Below are positions 9,321 through 19,184 of a stretch of 64,000 bases of DNA, piece by piece. Source of the stretch: Vicinamibacteria bacterium (GTDB lineage Bacteria > Acidobacteriota > Vicinamibacteria > Marinacidobacterales > Marinacidobacteraceae); the NCBI GenBank assembly GCA_963555995.3, contig OY821641.1, forward strand, positions 1,440,001 through 1,504,000, read 5' to 3'. A program made the translations under genes and the position numbers. The notes beneath the pieces are model-generated. The model worked only from the letters and a program-made list of their open reading frames with translations. It had not been told where the DNA came from and did no database searches. Position 1 is the first letter of the stretch, and each line of letters starts with the position of its first letter.

Positions 9321-10268
9321 TCAGCGCAGTGCGTGGCTCGCGAGGACCTTGCCGCGCGCCCGGACCACGATGCGGCGGACCCCGCGATGCCGGTCCGGAG
9401 GCAGGTTCCAGAACCGGTAGCGGTGGGGCGGCCCGCCGGGCAGCGAGGCCACGATCTCCGGTTGGACGGCGCCCTCGAGCAGCACTTCGATCCGGTCCCC
9501 GGGAGATCCTCCGGCGAGCGAGAGGCCGATGCCGAGCGTCTGGTGCGGAGCGATTCGGTCCGCATTCGGCGGTGGGTCCTTGAGCGCGTCCTCACCCCCG
9601 ATCGGCCCGTCCCGGACGACCAGGTCCATCAGGGTGAGCGCGTTCTCGTAGGGCGGGGGATCGGTCCACAGGTTGGGCCGGAAGGGATCGAGGACCGCGC
9701 CGCCGGGACCGCGCACCTCGAAGTGGAGGTGCGGCGCCGTGGAACAGCCGGAACTGCCGACCTCCCCCAGCGGCTCTCCCGCCGCGACGGTCTGCCCGAC
9801 GGCAACCTTGACCGATCCCCGGCGGAGGTGGAGATAGCGGGAACGCGTCCCGTCGGCGTGGGTGAGTTCGACGAGATTCGGCGCCTTCAGGATGCCGAGG
9901 AATCCACAGGCGACGTTCCGGTCGAACTCACCGTCGTGCGTTGCGGTCACCCGGCCGCCGGCGGCCGCCAGGACGGGGAATCCCCGATCCATCCAGCGGA
10001 AGTTGGGCACGTCCCAATCGGTGCCCTGATGGCGGTTGTAGGTCCTCCGGCCGCCCCGGTAGTCGCGGACGCCGGCCCCGGGGTCCCGGTCCACGTAGTT
10101 GTTGATCACCCAGTCCCGGCCGGCGACCCCGCCGAGCGGCAGGACGAAGCGGACGCGCGGGTCGGGAGCGGGTTCGGACACCCCCGGGCCGCGGCATCCC
10201 GGCAGGACCGCGAGCCAGACGAACGCGGCGCCGAGACCGCGCCGAAACGGGCTGGCCCCGGCCGTCAG
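9321..10268 (-). CDS. M23 family metallopeptidase (probable lipoprotein)
   Basis: HQGTD, YLHL and STAPHLHFEV motifs; start uncertain, possibly CTG overlapping the upstream stop. Confidence 0.75.
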   Translation of the reverse strand: MTAGASPFRRGLGAAFVWLAVLPGCRGPGVSEPAPDPRVRFVLPLGGVAGRDWVINNYVDRDPGAGVRDYRGGRRTYNRHQGTDWDVPNFRWMDRGFPVLAAAGGRVTATHDGEFDRNVACGFLGILKAPNLVELTHADGTRSRYLHLRRGSVKVAVGQTVAAGEPLGEVGSSGCSTAPHLHFEVRGPGGAVLDPFRPNLWTDPPPYENALTLMDLVVRDGPIGGEDALKDPPPNADRIAPHQTLGIGLSLAGGSPGDRIEVLLEGAVQPEIVASLPGGPPHRYRFWNLPPDRHRGVRRIVVRARGKVLASHALR

Positions 10269-11731
10269 GGCTGCTCCGCGGCTTCCGCCTGCCGGCGAAT
10301 GGAGTAGAGGTGGTTCTGCGTGCGGATCAGGAGGCGGTCTCCCACGATGGCCGGGGAGGCCAGGCTCCAGTCGCCCAGGTCGTTGACGCCGGCCAGGCGG
10401 TATTCGTCGTCGGCCTCGATCACGAAGGTGTCGCCCTCCTCCCCGAGGGCGAACACGTATCCTCCGTAGGCCCACGGCGAGGCGGTGAAGGCGGCGGCGC
10501 CCTCCGCAATCCGGGAGCGATAGACCCGTTCGCCCGTATCCACGTCGTAGCGGGCGAAGATGCCGCGCGAATACAGCACGTAGAGGGCGCCGTCATAGAT
10601 CACGGGGGTCGGCAGGTAGGTCCCGCCGGCGAGGCGGTCGTACCAGACGACGTGCTCGTTCGAGTCGGCGCCTTCGGGCGGGGTGATGTCTCCCGAGCCT
10701 CCGGGACGGATCGCGGCGAGCGGCCGGTACTGGCCGCCGGAGGCGCCGGCGGAGATGAAGAGGCGCCCCTCCCACGCGAAGGGGCTCTGGATTGGGCTTC
10801 CCGCCGTCCGCCCCATCCGCCAGAGCGGGTTGCCGTCGAGGTCGTAGCTGATCACGATCCCTGGTCCGACGGTCACGATCTCACTGCGCACCTCGTTCTC
10901 CCAGACGAAGGGAGTGGACCAGCCCGTCCTGCGCCGCTCGGTGATCTCGCGCGGGGTGCGCCAGAGTTCCTCTCCGCTGCGCTTGTCGAAAGCGGCGAGG
11001 AAACCCGACTCCTCGTTGTCGTTCAGGACGTAGAGGCGGTCTCCGGAGAGCGCCGGGGAGGCGCCGGTGCCGAAGTCGCGGACGGTCGGATGCGCCGCGA
11101 GAGGGGCGTCCCACGCCGGGTTCCCCTCCATGTCGAAGGCGAACAGCCCGTGATGGGTGAAATAGGCATAGACGTTCGTCCCGTCGGTCACCGGCGTCTC
11201 GGAGGCGTAGCTGTTCTTCCGGTGCCGGCCCCCGAGCGGCTGCCCGCGGTACACCTCCCGCTCCCAGAGCAGGGCCCCCGTCTCGAGGTCGAGGGCGAAG
11301 ACGTGGAGGCCGATCACGACCTCTTCGGGCAGTTCGCGATCGCGGGCGAAGAGGCGCCGGTTGACCTCCTCGGGGGGCAGGCCCTGGGCGCGCAGTTCGG
11401 CGATGTAGTTGTTGCTGAAATCGGTCCCGAGCGACGGTCCCTTCATTTCCTGGGGGCTGGTGGCGGCGGTCAGGAAGATGCGGTTCCCCCAGACCACCGG
11501 GGATGACCAGCCCACCCCGGGGACCGCGGCCACCCACTCGACGTTCTCGGTCCGGGACCAGGTGATGGGCAGGTCCGGGTGGTCGCCCACGGGGTTTGCG
11601 AGCGGCCCCCGGAAGCGGGGCCAGTTCGGGGAAGCCTCGGTTTCGGCCGGAGGCGTCTCGCCCGAACCCGGCGCGGGCGCGGCGGCGAGGACGACGAAGG
11701 CGGCGAGCGCCGCGAGCGGTAGCGGTCTCAT
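10265..11731 (-). CDS. PQQ-like beta-propeller repeat protein, secreted
   Basis: NWPRFRGP, GWSSPVVWG and ASETPVTDG repeats; signal peptide. Confidence 0.85.
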   Translation of the reverse strand: MRPLPLAALAAFVVLAAAPAPGSGETPPAETEASPNWPRFRGPLANPVGDHPDLPITWSRTENVEWVAAVPGVGWSSPVVWGNRIFLTAATSPQEMKGPSLGTDFSNNYIAELRAQGLPPEEVNRRLFARDRELPEEVVIGLHVFALDLETGALLWEREVYRGQPLGGRHRKNSYASETPVTDGTNVYAYFTHHGLFAFDMEGNPAWDAPLAAHPTVRDFGTGASPALSGDRLYVLNDNEESGFLAAFDKRSGEELWRTPREITERRRTGWSTPFVWENEVRSEIVTVGPGIVISYDLDGNPLWRMGRTAGSPIQSPFAWEGRLFISAGASGGQYRPLAAIRPGGSGDITPPEGADSNEHVVWYDRLAGGTYLPTPVIYDGALYVLYSRGIFARYDVDTGERVYRSRIAEGAAAFTASPWAYGGYVFALGEEGDTFVIEADDEYRLAGVNDLGDWSLASPAIVGDRLLIRTQNHLYSIRRQAEAAEQP

Positions 11732-11741
11732 TCGGGGGATC

Positions 11742-12605
11742 TCATTCGGGAATCAGGGACGGAGGCATCCCGGTGCGCTTGCTGCCGGCATCCTTCCAGG
11801 CGTCGTAGCGGAGCCGGAGGGTGATGACGGGGTTGGCGTTCTCGTGGGGCTGGATGTCCTCGTCGGTGGCGCTGATGTAGGCGTAGTAGTCGCCGTCATT
11901 GTGCGAAGCGCCGAGCGCGTCGTCCCGGTTCGCAATGGCGATGTAGGCGACGTGCGAGGCCTTGCCGTCGCAGGGCGCGGCGGGCTTCGGTTCCTCCTCG
12001 CAGGTGCATCGCTTGTCGCCGCCGGCCCGGTCCGCGCCTTCCATGGCGGCCATCACCCGGTCGGCCAGGGTGCCCTTCGCCCGCATGAACGCGAGCACCG
12101 CGTCCTCCGCCACGTCGTCGTCGAAGAGGATGTTCCCCTGCACCTGGACGAAGATGTCGTCTCCGACCTGGCCCGCCACGTAGAGCGACGCGGCGCTGTT
12201 GCGGCTCCCGTTGAAGCCGGCGCTCCGGCCTTGGAGATCGAGGATGCCGAACTGCCGCCGTTCCATCTGGGGCTCGTCCTTGAGGTTCTCCTGCTCGCGA
12301 AGGAGTTCGATGATCCGCTCCGGATCGGTCCCCTTCCGGATTTCCTCATAGACGAGCATCTGGTTCGCGCGGGTGTTGTCCACGCCGGCCTGGCAGGCGG
12401 CGACCCCCACGCCGGGCACGATCACCGCCTGGATGTCCATCAGGTCCCGCGCCGGCCGCGGCGGAAACCGCGACTGGCGAACGCAGGTAGCGGACGCGAC
12501 GATCACCTGGCCGGAGTTCCGGTCCACCGCGATCACCGACCAGGTGGCGAGCGCCGCCGACGGCGCCAGCAGAACCAGCGCGAGTGCGATGCCGATGCGT
12601 CTCAT
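11742..12605 (-). CDS. DUF1028 (Ntn-hydrolase-like) protein
   Basis: Signal peptide then TWSVIAVD; RQFGILD, QGNIL and AGGDKRC motifs. Confidence 0.8.
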   Translation of the reverse strand: MRRIGIALALVLLAPSAALATWSVIAVDRNSGQVIVASATCVRQSRFPPRPARDLMDIQAVIVPGVGVAACQAGVDNTRANQMLVYEEIRKGTDPERIIELLREQENLKDEPQMERRQFGILDLQGRSAGFNGSRNSAASLYVAGQVGDDIFVQVQGNILFDDDVAEDAVLAFMRAKGTLADRVMAAMEGADRAGGDKRCTCEEEPKPAAPCDGKASHVAYIAIANRDDALGASHNDGDYYAYISATDEDIQPHENANPVITLRLRYDAWKDAGSKRTGMPPSLIPE

Positions 12606-12687
12606 GGAACGCCTCCTCGGAATCCGCCAATGGTGTCAGATCAGGGCAGGGCGGTGGGTCGCAAACGCCCAGCGAGGCGAACCGGAA

Positions 12688-12712
12688 GGGACCGCCGGTC
12701 TTCAGACCGGCA
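12688..12712 (+). repeat. REP-like palindrome
   Basis: GGGACCGCCGGTCTTCAGACCGGCA, identical to the copy at 61769-61793. Confidence 0.75.
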
Positions 12713-12994
12713 TCGCGGCCCGGCGGGCCGCAACGGCAGACAGCCACTCCGAACACGATGCCGGCGCTCAAGTCGGCATCGCGCGGAAGCGGGCCGCGTG
12801 TCACGACTCTCGGTTTGGCCAATCTCAATGGGGCTCGCGCTCAACCGGGCAAGCAAAGCGGGCATCGAGAGGTGACAGGTATTGGCGTATGGAGGGGTGA
12901 TACTGACCCACTGATGCCGCAATTGCCCCGTCGTCACTCGCGACGGCAGGTTCAGCGGGCGCAGCCCGCCGGCCATTCCGTTCGAGTCCACTGA

Positions 12995-15631
12995 ATGTCA
13001 GACGCCTCCGTACCCTTGTCCCAGGTGGACCCGAATCGGGCTGTCGCCTGGGCCAAGGTCCGCGAGGAAGCCGACGGCGGAGTTCGGCGTCTCAGCCTCA
13101 CGGACCACTCGGTGGACGTGGCGGCAATGGCGGAGGCCCTGCTGCGTTCCCCAACGCTGGGAGCGCGACTCGGACGGCTCGCGGGCCGGCCGCTGACCGA
13201 GGTGGACATCGCCCGATTCAGTTTTTTCGCTGGGCTCCATGATGTCGGCAAGGCCGTCCATCCCTTCCAGCGGCGGCTGCGCGACGGGTCGCGGGCCTCC
13301 CACACGGCGCCGGTCTGGGTCCTGTTCGGCTCCGGCAGCTTTCCCTCGGAAACGAGCCAACGGGTCGCCGCCTCGCTAGGGCGAGAGCGCTGGCGTACGT
13401 GGTTCGCCGCGGCGGACGACCAGAAGGCTCTCTGGGATGTCGTGCTGGCGCACCACGGCAGCCTTCCGGCAGATCCCGCGCCCCCGAGACCGGCCGACTG
13501 GGACGCGGATGCGCTTACCGGCTACGCCCCCCTCGCCGCCGTCGCGGAGGTGGTCCAGACGCTTGAAGCCATGTTTCCCGAGGCATTCAGCGGAGCCGAA
13601 ACGCCGTTGCCCGCGTCTCCGCGCTTCCTCCACGCGCTGGCCGGACTCATCGTCCTCGCCGACTGGCTTGGTTCGGACGAACAGCGTTTTCGTTTTCCGG
13701 TGGATGACGCTCCGGAAGGAAGAGCCAGGATCGACTGGTCGCGCGGAACGGCGGCGAAGTCTGCCCGCGCGCGGTGGTTCGACCTGTCCTCGACGCGCGA
13801 GCAGGCCGACCGGCTGCGCCTCGATTTCGGGGCGCTGTTCCCGGAGTTGGCGGACCCCCGCCCGGCACAGCAAGCCGTCCTTGATGCTCCCGAACCGCGC
13901 ACGGGCCAAGTAGTCGTCCTCGAAGCGGAGACGGGGTCCGGGAAGACGGAAGCCGCGCTGATCCATTTCCTGCGCCTGTTTCGGCTTGCCGAGGTGGACG
14001 GGCTGTACTTTGCCCTCCCGACGCGCGCGGCCGCCGTCCAGATTCATCGTCGCATCTCGGAGACGGTGCGGCGCTGGTTCGGCGAGACCGCACCCCCGGT
14101 GACGCTCGCGGTTCCGGGTTATCTGCGAGTGGACGATCAGAAAGGGCGGGCGCTCCCGGATGGCTGGCGCGTCCTTTGGGACGACGAGCGCACGCGCGAG
14201 CGGGGATGGGCAGCGGAGAACGCGAAGCGCTATCTGTCCGGCGCGATCGTCGTGGGGACGATAGACCAGGCGCTGCTGGGAGGGCTCCGGATCCGACACG
14301 CGCAGCTTCGCTCGGGACCGATGTTGCGGCTACTGCTGGTTGTGGACGAGGTGCACGCCTCGGACGCCTACATGACGACCCTTCTGCGGAACCTCCTCGA
14401 CCAGCACACGGCCAGCGGCAGCCATGCCCTGTTGATGTCGGCCACCCTGGGTGCCTCGGCTCGGGAACGGCTGTTGCAGCCGGCCCTTGCCCGGGTTCCC
14501 ACCCCAGCGCTGGAAGAAGTCCAGAAGTCCGCGTATCCGTCCATGCAGCGGAGTGGCGAGCGCCTCCGTCCGCTCGCGGCTGACGGCCGGTCCAGGCGGA
14601 TTGCGGTCGAGCTCTCCGATCCTGCATCGGACGAAGACTCCCTCTTCGCCAGGCTCCGGGACGCCGCCGCGTCCGGTGCGGTGGTCCTCTTCATCCGCAA
14701 CCGCGTCAGGGACGCCCAGCAGGCGGTTCTTCGGCTGGAAGCAATGGGGACGGCCCTGTTCCGTTGCCGCAATGTAGCTGCGCCCCATCACGGGCGCTTC
14801 GCACCCGAAGATCGGACGCTTCTCGATGAGTCTCTCGAACGGGCGCTCGGAAAGGGAAGGGAGCGACGGGGGGTCGTGGCGGTAGCGACCCAGACCGCCG
14901 AACAGTCTCTCGACATCTGCGCCGATTGGCTGGTGACCGACATCGCGCCAGGCGATGTGCTCCTGCAGCGCATCGGACGCCTTCATCGCCACCCCGAGAA
15001 TCCGCGCCCCGCCGGGTACGCCGAACCACTGGTCAGCGTCCTTGCACCCTCGGAGCAGAGTCTCGAGAGTCTCCTGAGGCCAGACGGACGGCTTCGACGG
15101 ACGAAGCTGCCGCTCGGCCTCGGATGGGTGTACGACAACCTGGTAGCCGTGCTCGCGACCCGCCGATGGCTCGCCGAGCGCGGCGAGGTCCGCGTCCCCC
15201 GCGACAATCGAGATCTCGTCGAGCACGTGACTCACGACGAAGCACTCCGGGCCTTGACCGAGTCGCTGGGCGGCGCGTGGCCCGCATATCTGGACGCCGT
15301 GCGGATGGGCAGGGCAGTGGAAGGCGGGGCGGCGCTCCCGGTGATGATCCGCTGGGACGAACCACTGGTGGACAATCAGAAGATCACGGAGTTGGCGGCT
15401 CCGACGCGACTCGGGCTTCGGGACCGCCGGGTGATGCTTCCCGATGCCTGCGAAGGCCCTTTCGGATCACCCGTGCGGACACTGAACCTGCCGGAGTGGA
15501 TGATCGAGCCGGACGTGGGGGACGACGCCCGGCCCGAAAACGTGATCGCCTCCGCCGGGACGATCCGGTTCCGGTTCGGCGGGTCGTCGTTCGTCTATGA
15601 CCGCCTGGGGCTGAGAAAGGGCAATGCGTGA
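12995..15631 (+). CDS. cas3: CRISPR-associated HD nuclease/helicase Cas3 (type I-E)
   Basis: LTDHSVDVA, HDVGK, AETGSGKT, DEVH, SAT and QRIGRLHR motifs. Confidence 0.95.
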   Translation: MSDASVPLSQVDPNRAVAWAKVREEADGGVRRLSLTDHSVDVAAMAEALLRSPTLGARLGRLAGRPLTEVDIARFSFFAGLHDVGKAVHPFQRRLRDGSRASHTAPVWVLFGSGSFPSETSQRVAASLGRERWRTWFAAADDQKALWDVVLAHHGSLPADPAPPRPADWDADALTGYAPLAAVAEVVQTLEAMFPEAFSGAETPLPASPRFLHALAGLIVLADWLGSDEQRFRFPVDDAPEGRARIDWSRGTAAKSARARWFDLSSTREQADRLRLDFGALFPELADPRPAQQAVLDAPEPRTGQVVVLEAETGSGKTEAALIHFLRLFRLAEVDGLYFALPTRAAAVQIHRRISETVRRWFGETAPPVTLAVPGYLRVDDQKGRALPDGWRVLWDDERTRERGWAAENAKRYLSGAIVVGTIDQALLGGLRIRHAQLRSGPMLRLLLVVDEVHASDAYMTTLLRNLLDQHTASGSHALLMSATLGASARERLLQPALARVPTPALEEVQKSAYPSMQRSGERLRPLAADGRSRRIAVELSDPASDEDSLFARLRDAAASGAVVLFIRNRVRDAQQAVLRLEAMGTALFRCRNVAAPHHGRFAPEDRTLLDESLERALGKGRERRGVVAVATQTAEQSLDICADWLVTDIAPGDVLLQRIGRLHRHPENPRPAGYAEPLVSVLAPSEQSLESLLRPDGRLRRTKLPLGLGWVYDNLVAVLATRRWLAERGEVRVPRDNRDLVEHVTHDEALRALTESLGGAWPAYLDAVRMGRAVEGGAALPVMIRWDEPLVDNQKITELAAPTRLGLRDRRVMLPDACEGPFGSPVRTLNLPEWMIEPDVGDDARPENVIASAGTIRFRFGGSSFVYDRLGLRKGNA

Positions 15632-15637
15632 GTCAGG

Positions 15638-15714
15638 CCGAAGACCCCGCGAATGCGGGGGAATTCTCCGCTCCAAGAAAGCAGAGGGTCCATCCCCGAA
15701 GGATCGGGGCTATG
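15638..15714 (-). ncRNA. CRISPR mini-array (two pseudo-repeats plus short guide), CreR/CreA-like regulatory RNA
   Basis: Minus strand CATAGCCCCGATCCTTCGGGGATGGACC - C TCTGCTTTCTTGGAGCGGAG - AATTCCCCCGCATTCGCGGGGTCTTCGG; both 6-bp stems intact; 19/28 and 17/28 identity to the array repeat. Confidence 0.8.
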
Positions 15715-15740
15715 GAAGGAACCATCCGAGGACACGGAAA

Positions 15741-15801
15741 TTCCATGTACCGTCACAGAGTTTATACACTCTAATAATGCAGAATTTGCACTCACCGACA
15801 A
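15741..15801. promoter_or_regulatory. AT-rich candidate divergent promoters (cas8e and mini-array) carrying a guide target
   Basis: Plus strand TTCCAT-18 bp-TACACT; minus strand TTGTCG-16 bp-CATTAT; protospacer-like match at 15764-15783 with AAT PAM. Confidence 0.55.
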
Positions 15802-15871
15802 GAACGTCCACAATCCCGGATCTCGCCGCCGCGGCACTGGCCTCGGATCGCGTGCGAGAGGGGAGTTGAAC

Positions 15872-17416
15872 ATGAGGAACCTGTTGAGGGACGGGATCAT
15901 CCCCGTGCGCACCGGCCGCGCCGCGGACCGGGTCTCGTTGCCGGAGCTCTACGTCCGGTTGGCGGCGGATGAGGTGGACGCCTTTCCGGGACTTGCAGCC
16001 CACCAGTCGCCGGCGTGGTTCGAATTCCTGGCGCAGCTCGGAGCCCTCGCGGCACTCCACCGGGGCTCCGGCATCCCTCTCCACGACGCGGAAGCGTGGA
16101 GCCGGGTCCTCGCGGAACTCGCCGGCGACGCCGGTGCTTCGGCGTGGAACCTGGTCGGGGACGAGCCGGCGCAGCCGGCTTTCCTCCAGCCCCCGACGTT
16201 CCGGTTCGGCGAATACAGGCGGTTCGCAACAACCCCGGATGGCCTCGACCTTCTGGTGACCGCCAAGAACCACGACCGGAAACAGGCGCAGGCGGTCGGT
16301 GGAGACCCGCACCTCTGGCTCTACGCCCTCGTCAACCTGCAGACCCAACAGGGCTATTCGGGCCGAGGCCAGCCCGGCGTGGCCCGCATGAACGGAGGTT
16401 TCGCGAGCCGGGTGCTGGTGGACCGGCGCCCGAACGACCGTTGGGGAGCTCGGGTGGAACGCGCGATCCGGATGTTGGTCGCGCGGCGCGACGACGTGTT
16501 CCACAGCGTGGACGAAGCGGTGTACCGGGCTGAAGGCGGTTTGGCGCTCACCTGGCTCCGGGACTGGGACGAGGACCGGATGCTGACGCTTTCCGAACTG
16601 GATCCGTACTTCATCGAAGTGTGCCGCCGCGTGCGGCTCGTTCCGACCGACGAGGGCGCCGTCGAGGCCCGGGTTCGACCCGCGATGAAGCCCCGGACCG
16701 ACGCGAAGGCATTCCTCGGGAATCTCGGAGACCCGTGGGTCCCGCTGGATCTGCGCAAATCGCCGCCCACCGCCCTGACCGTGGGCGCGGGCGGCTTCGA
16801 CTATCGCCTGATGCAACGCATCCTGTTCCGTTCCGGCGAAACTCGGAAACCCTTGGCGTTCAAGGCCCTTCCGGGCGAATCCGGCAAAAACGCGGAAGTG
16901 CACTTCGCGGCCCTCGTCCGTGGGCAGGGGAAAACCGAGGGTTTCCACGAGCGCGTCATTCCCCTGCCGGCCGCGGTGGCGCTCCAGTTCGAGCGTGACG
17001 TGGACCAGGATGACGAAACGTCGCTCGAACAGCTCTCCGAACGCATGGTGGCCCACGCTGGAAGCGTGCGGAAGGTGCTGCGCCAGGCGGTGACGGTGTA
17101 CCTCCAGGGCCCGGAAAACCCGAACTTCAAGAAACCCGATGCCGCCTCCGTCGTCACCGGCTTCGACCGAAGGACCGATGAAGAGTTCTTCAAGCACCTG
17201 TTCGCGGCCCCCGAAGCGGGTTACACGCCATCCGAGCTGAAGTGGCAGCGATTCCTGAAGAACACCGCGGTCGAACTTGCCCGCGATGCCTGGAACCGGC
17301 TCTCCCCACCAAGCGCCCGTCGCGAAAAGGCGCAGTACGTCTCCGAAGTGGTGTTGTTCCGGGGCCTGCGCAAACAGCTACCGGACGCCTTCCCGAAAGC
17401 CGATCCCGCAAAGTGA
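15872..17416 (+). CDS. cas8e: Cascade large subunit Cas8e (Cse1/CasA)
   Basis: PAFLQPP, LDLLVTAKNHD, RMNGG and DPYFIEVCRR; position after cas3; ATG after GGGAG. Confidence 0.85.
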   Translation: MRNLLRDGIIPVRTGRAADRVSLPELYVRLAADEVDAFPGLAAHQSPAWFEFLAQLGALAALHRGSGIPLHDAEAWSRVLAELAGDAGASAWNLVGDEPAQPAFLQPPTFRFGEYRRFATTPDGLDLLVTAKNHDRKQAQAVGGDPHLWLYALVNLQTQQGYSGRGQPGVARMNGGFASRVLVDRRPNDRWGARVERAIRMLVARRDDVFHSVDEAVYRAEGGLALTWLRDWDEDRMLTLSELDPYFIEVCRRVRLVPTDEGAVEARVRPAMKPRTDAKAFLGNLGDPWVPLDLRKSPPTALTVGAGGFDYRLMQRILFRSGETRKPLAFKALPGESGKNAEVHFAALVRGQGKTEGFHERVIPLPAAVALQFERDVDQDDETSLEQLSERMVAHAGSVRKVLRQAVTVYLQGPENPNFKKPDAASVVTGFDRRTDEEFFKHLFAAPEAGYTPSELKWQRFLKNTAVELARDAWNRLSPPSARREKAQYVSEVVLFRGLRKQLPDAFPKADPAK

Positions 17417-17424
17417 GAAGAACC

Positions 17425-17970
17425 ATGGCTGAACAACAAGCAAACGGCAGCGAGCCGGTCCGTCTGGGCCAGTTGCTCGGCCGCCTGTCGCACCAACTCC
17501 ATGCCGGCCGCATCGGAGCCGGGTCGCTGGCGGAACTGCGCCGGATGACCCGCTCCAACCGGCCGCCTGCCTTCTGGAAGCTCTACCTCCAGATCGTGCC
17601 CGATGTCTGGCGGGAACCCGGGGGACGCCCGGACGTGCGCGTGGACGACGCCTGGGCCGCCATCATCCGGGGCATGGCCGAAATGGCGCCCGACGCACTG
17701 GCCTTCGGCCGGTCGTTCGGAGCCGAATTGTCCCGAGCCGGGTATTCCGAGAGCCGCTTCGTCCGCCTGCTGCGCGCAGACCACGCGGACCTCGCCCGCG
17801 AGTTTCGGGTCGCGGCCGGATGGCTCGGGGCGAAGGGAGCGAAGGCGAACCTGACACCGGTGGCCGAACTGCTTCTGGGCCGCCCCTACGTCGGTCTCGA
17901 CGTCAGGCCGGACTACGCCGCCCGCACGCTTGCCCACGACTTCTTCCGCGCCGAGACGACGCGGACCTGA
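17425..17970 (+). CDS. cse2: Cascade small subunit Cse2 (CasB/Cas11)
   Basis: LAELRR and YSESRFVRLLRA; position between cas8e and cas7. Confidence 0.85.
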   Translation: MAEQQANGSEPVRLGQLLGRLSHQLHAGRIGAGSLAELRRMTRSNRPPAFWKLYLQIVPDVWREPGGRPDVRVDDAWAAIIRGMAEMAPDALAFGRSFGAELSRAGYSESRFVRLLRADHADLAREFRVAAGWLGAKGAKANLTPVAELLLGRPYVGLDVRPDYAARTLAHDFFRAETTRT

Positions 17971-17998
17971 TCCCGTTCCACTCAAGGAGGAAACATCC

Positions 17999-19180
17999 AT
18001 GACACCTCGATTCCTGCAGATCCACACCCTTACCGGTTATGCGGCAACGCTGCTGAACCGCGATGACATCGGCAAGGCGAAGCGCCTGCCCTTCGGGGGC
18101 GCGGAGCGAATCCGGGTCTCCTCGCAGTGCCTAAAGCGCCACTGGCGGGAGGCGACCGGGGAATGGTCGCTCCGTGATCTCGGCAGCGGCAAGTCGCAGC
18201 GTTCCCGCCGACTCTTCAGCCAGGTGATCGCAGAGCGGCTGCGGAAGGAGGGGATGAAGGACGACGCCATCGTGACCGTCCTGACGCCGGTCCGATCCGC
18301 CGTACTCGGCGAGAGCATCAAGGCCCGGGAAACCCGCAAGGCGCGGAAGGCAGGCGACGAGCCCGCCAATCCGCTCGACGAGCTCCGGACCGAACAGGTG
18401 ATCGTCCTGGGAGAACCGGAGATCGGGTTCCTGACGCGACTCGCGCAGGACCTGCATCGCGACAGCGCCGACGAGACCGCGAAGGCCGTGGCGAGCTATT
18501 TCAAGGACAAGGAGACCCGGGGCAACCTCGCCGCCCTCCGGCAGGAGGTCGGGATGGGCATTGACGCCGCCCTCTTCGGACGGATGGTCACCTCCGACGT
18601 GATGGCCCGATCCGATGCGGCCGTCCACGTTTCCCACAGCTTCACGGTGCACCGGGAGAACGCGGAACCGGACTATTTCTCCGCGCTCGACGACCTCGTG
18701 ACGGAGGAAGGAGAACTCGGATCGGGGCACATCAACACCAGCGAGCTGACGAGCGGACTCTTCTACTCGTACGTGGTGGTGGATCTCCCGCATCTGACTT
18801 CCAACCTCTCCGGCGATGCCGAACTCGCCGCGAACGTGCTGCGCCGCCTGCTCCACCTGATCGCGACCGTTTCCCCGGGGGCCAAGCGGGGAGCCACCGC
18901 ACCGTACGCGTGCGCCGAGCTCATGGTCGCGGAGATCGGTTCCCGGCAGCCGCGAACCCTGGCGAACGCGTTCATGAAGCCGGTCCCGCAGGGAAAGGCG
19001 GATGTCAAGGCGGACGCCGCCCGGGCGCTGGATGGCTACCTGGAGCGCTACGACGCGATGTACGGCGCCCACGAAGAGCGGCGTTTCGCGACCATGATCG
19101 AACCCGGTCCCGCCCATTCCGGCGAACGGGTGAATCTGGCCGCGCTGGCGGACTGGGCGGCGGCCCGGGTCGCGGAGTAG
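17999..19180 (+). CDS. cas7: Cas7 (Cse4/CasC)
   Basis: LNRDDIGKAKR, RVSSQCLKR, DAALFGRM and DYFSALDDL; SD AAGGAGG. Confidence 0.95.
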   Translation: MTPRFLQIHTLTGYAATLLNRDDIGKAKRLPFGGAERIRVSSQCLKRHWREATGEWSLRDLGSGKSQRSRRLFSQVIAERLRKEGMKDDAIVTVLTPVRSAVLGESIKARETRKARKAGDEPANPLDELRTEQVIVLGEPEIGFLTRLAQDLHRDSADETAKAVASYFKDKETRGNLAALRQEVGMGIDAALFGRMVTSDVMARSDAAVHVSHSFTVHRENAEPDYFSALDDLVTEEGELGSGHINTSELTSGLFYSYVVVDLPHLTSNLSGDAELAANVLRRLLHLIATVSPGAKRGATAPYACAELMVAEIGSRQPRTLANAFMKPVPQGKADVKADAARALDGYLERYDAMYGAHEERRFATMIEPGPAHSGERVNLAALADWAAARVAE

Positions 19181-19184
19181 CGGC

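Noticed and set aside
12606-12994. Mini-guide target in the cas3 promoter
   Set aside because: The only TCTGC seed match I found (near 12736-12740) fails from position 6 onward.
15714-15871. CreT-like toxin RNA next to the mini-array
   Set aside because: Hairpins exist on both sides of the promoter, but I see no strong SD-AUG-rare-codon mini-ORF. Unsupported, though not excluded.
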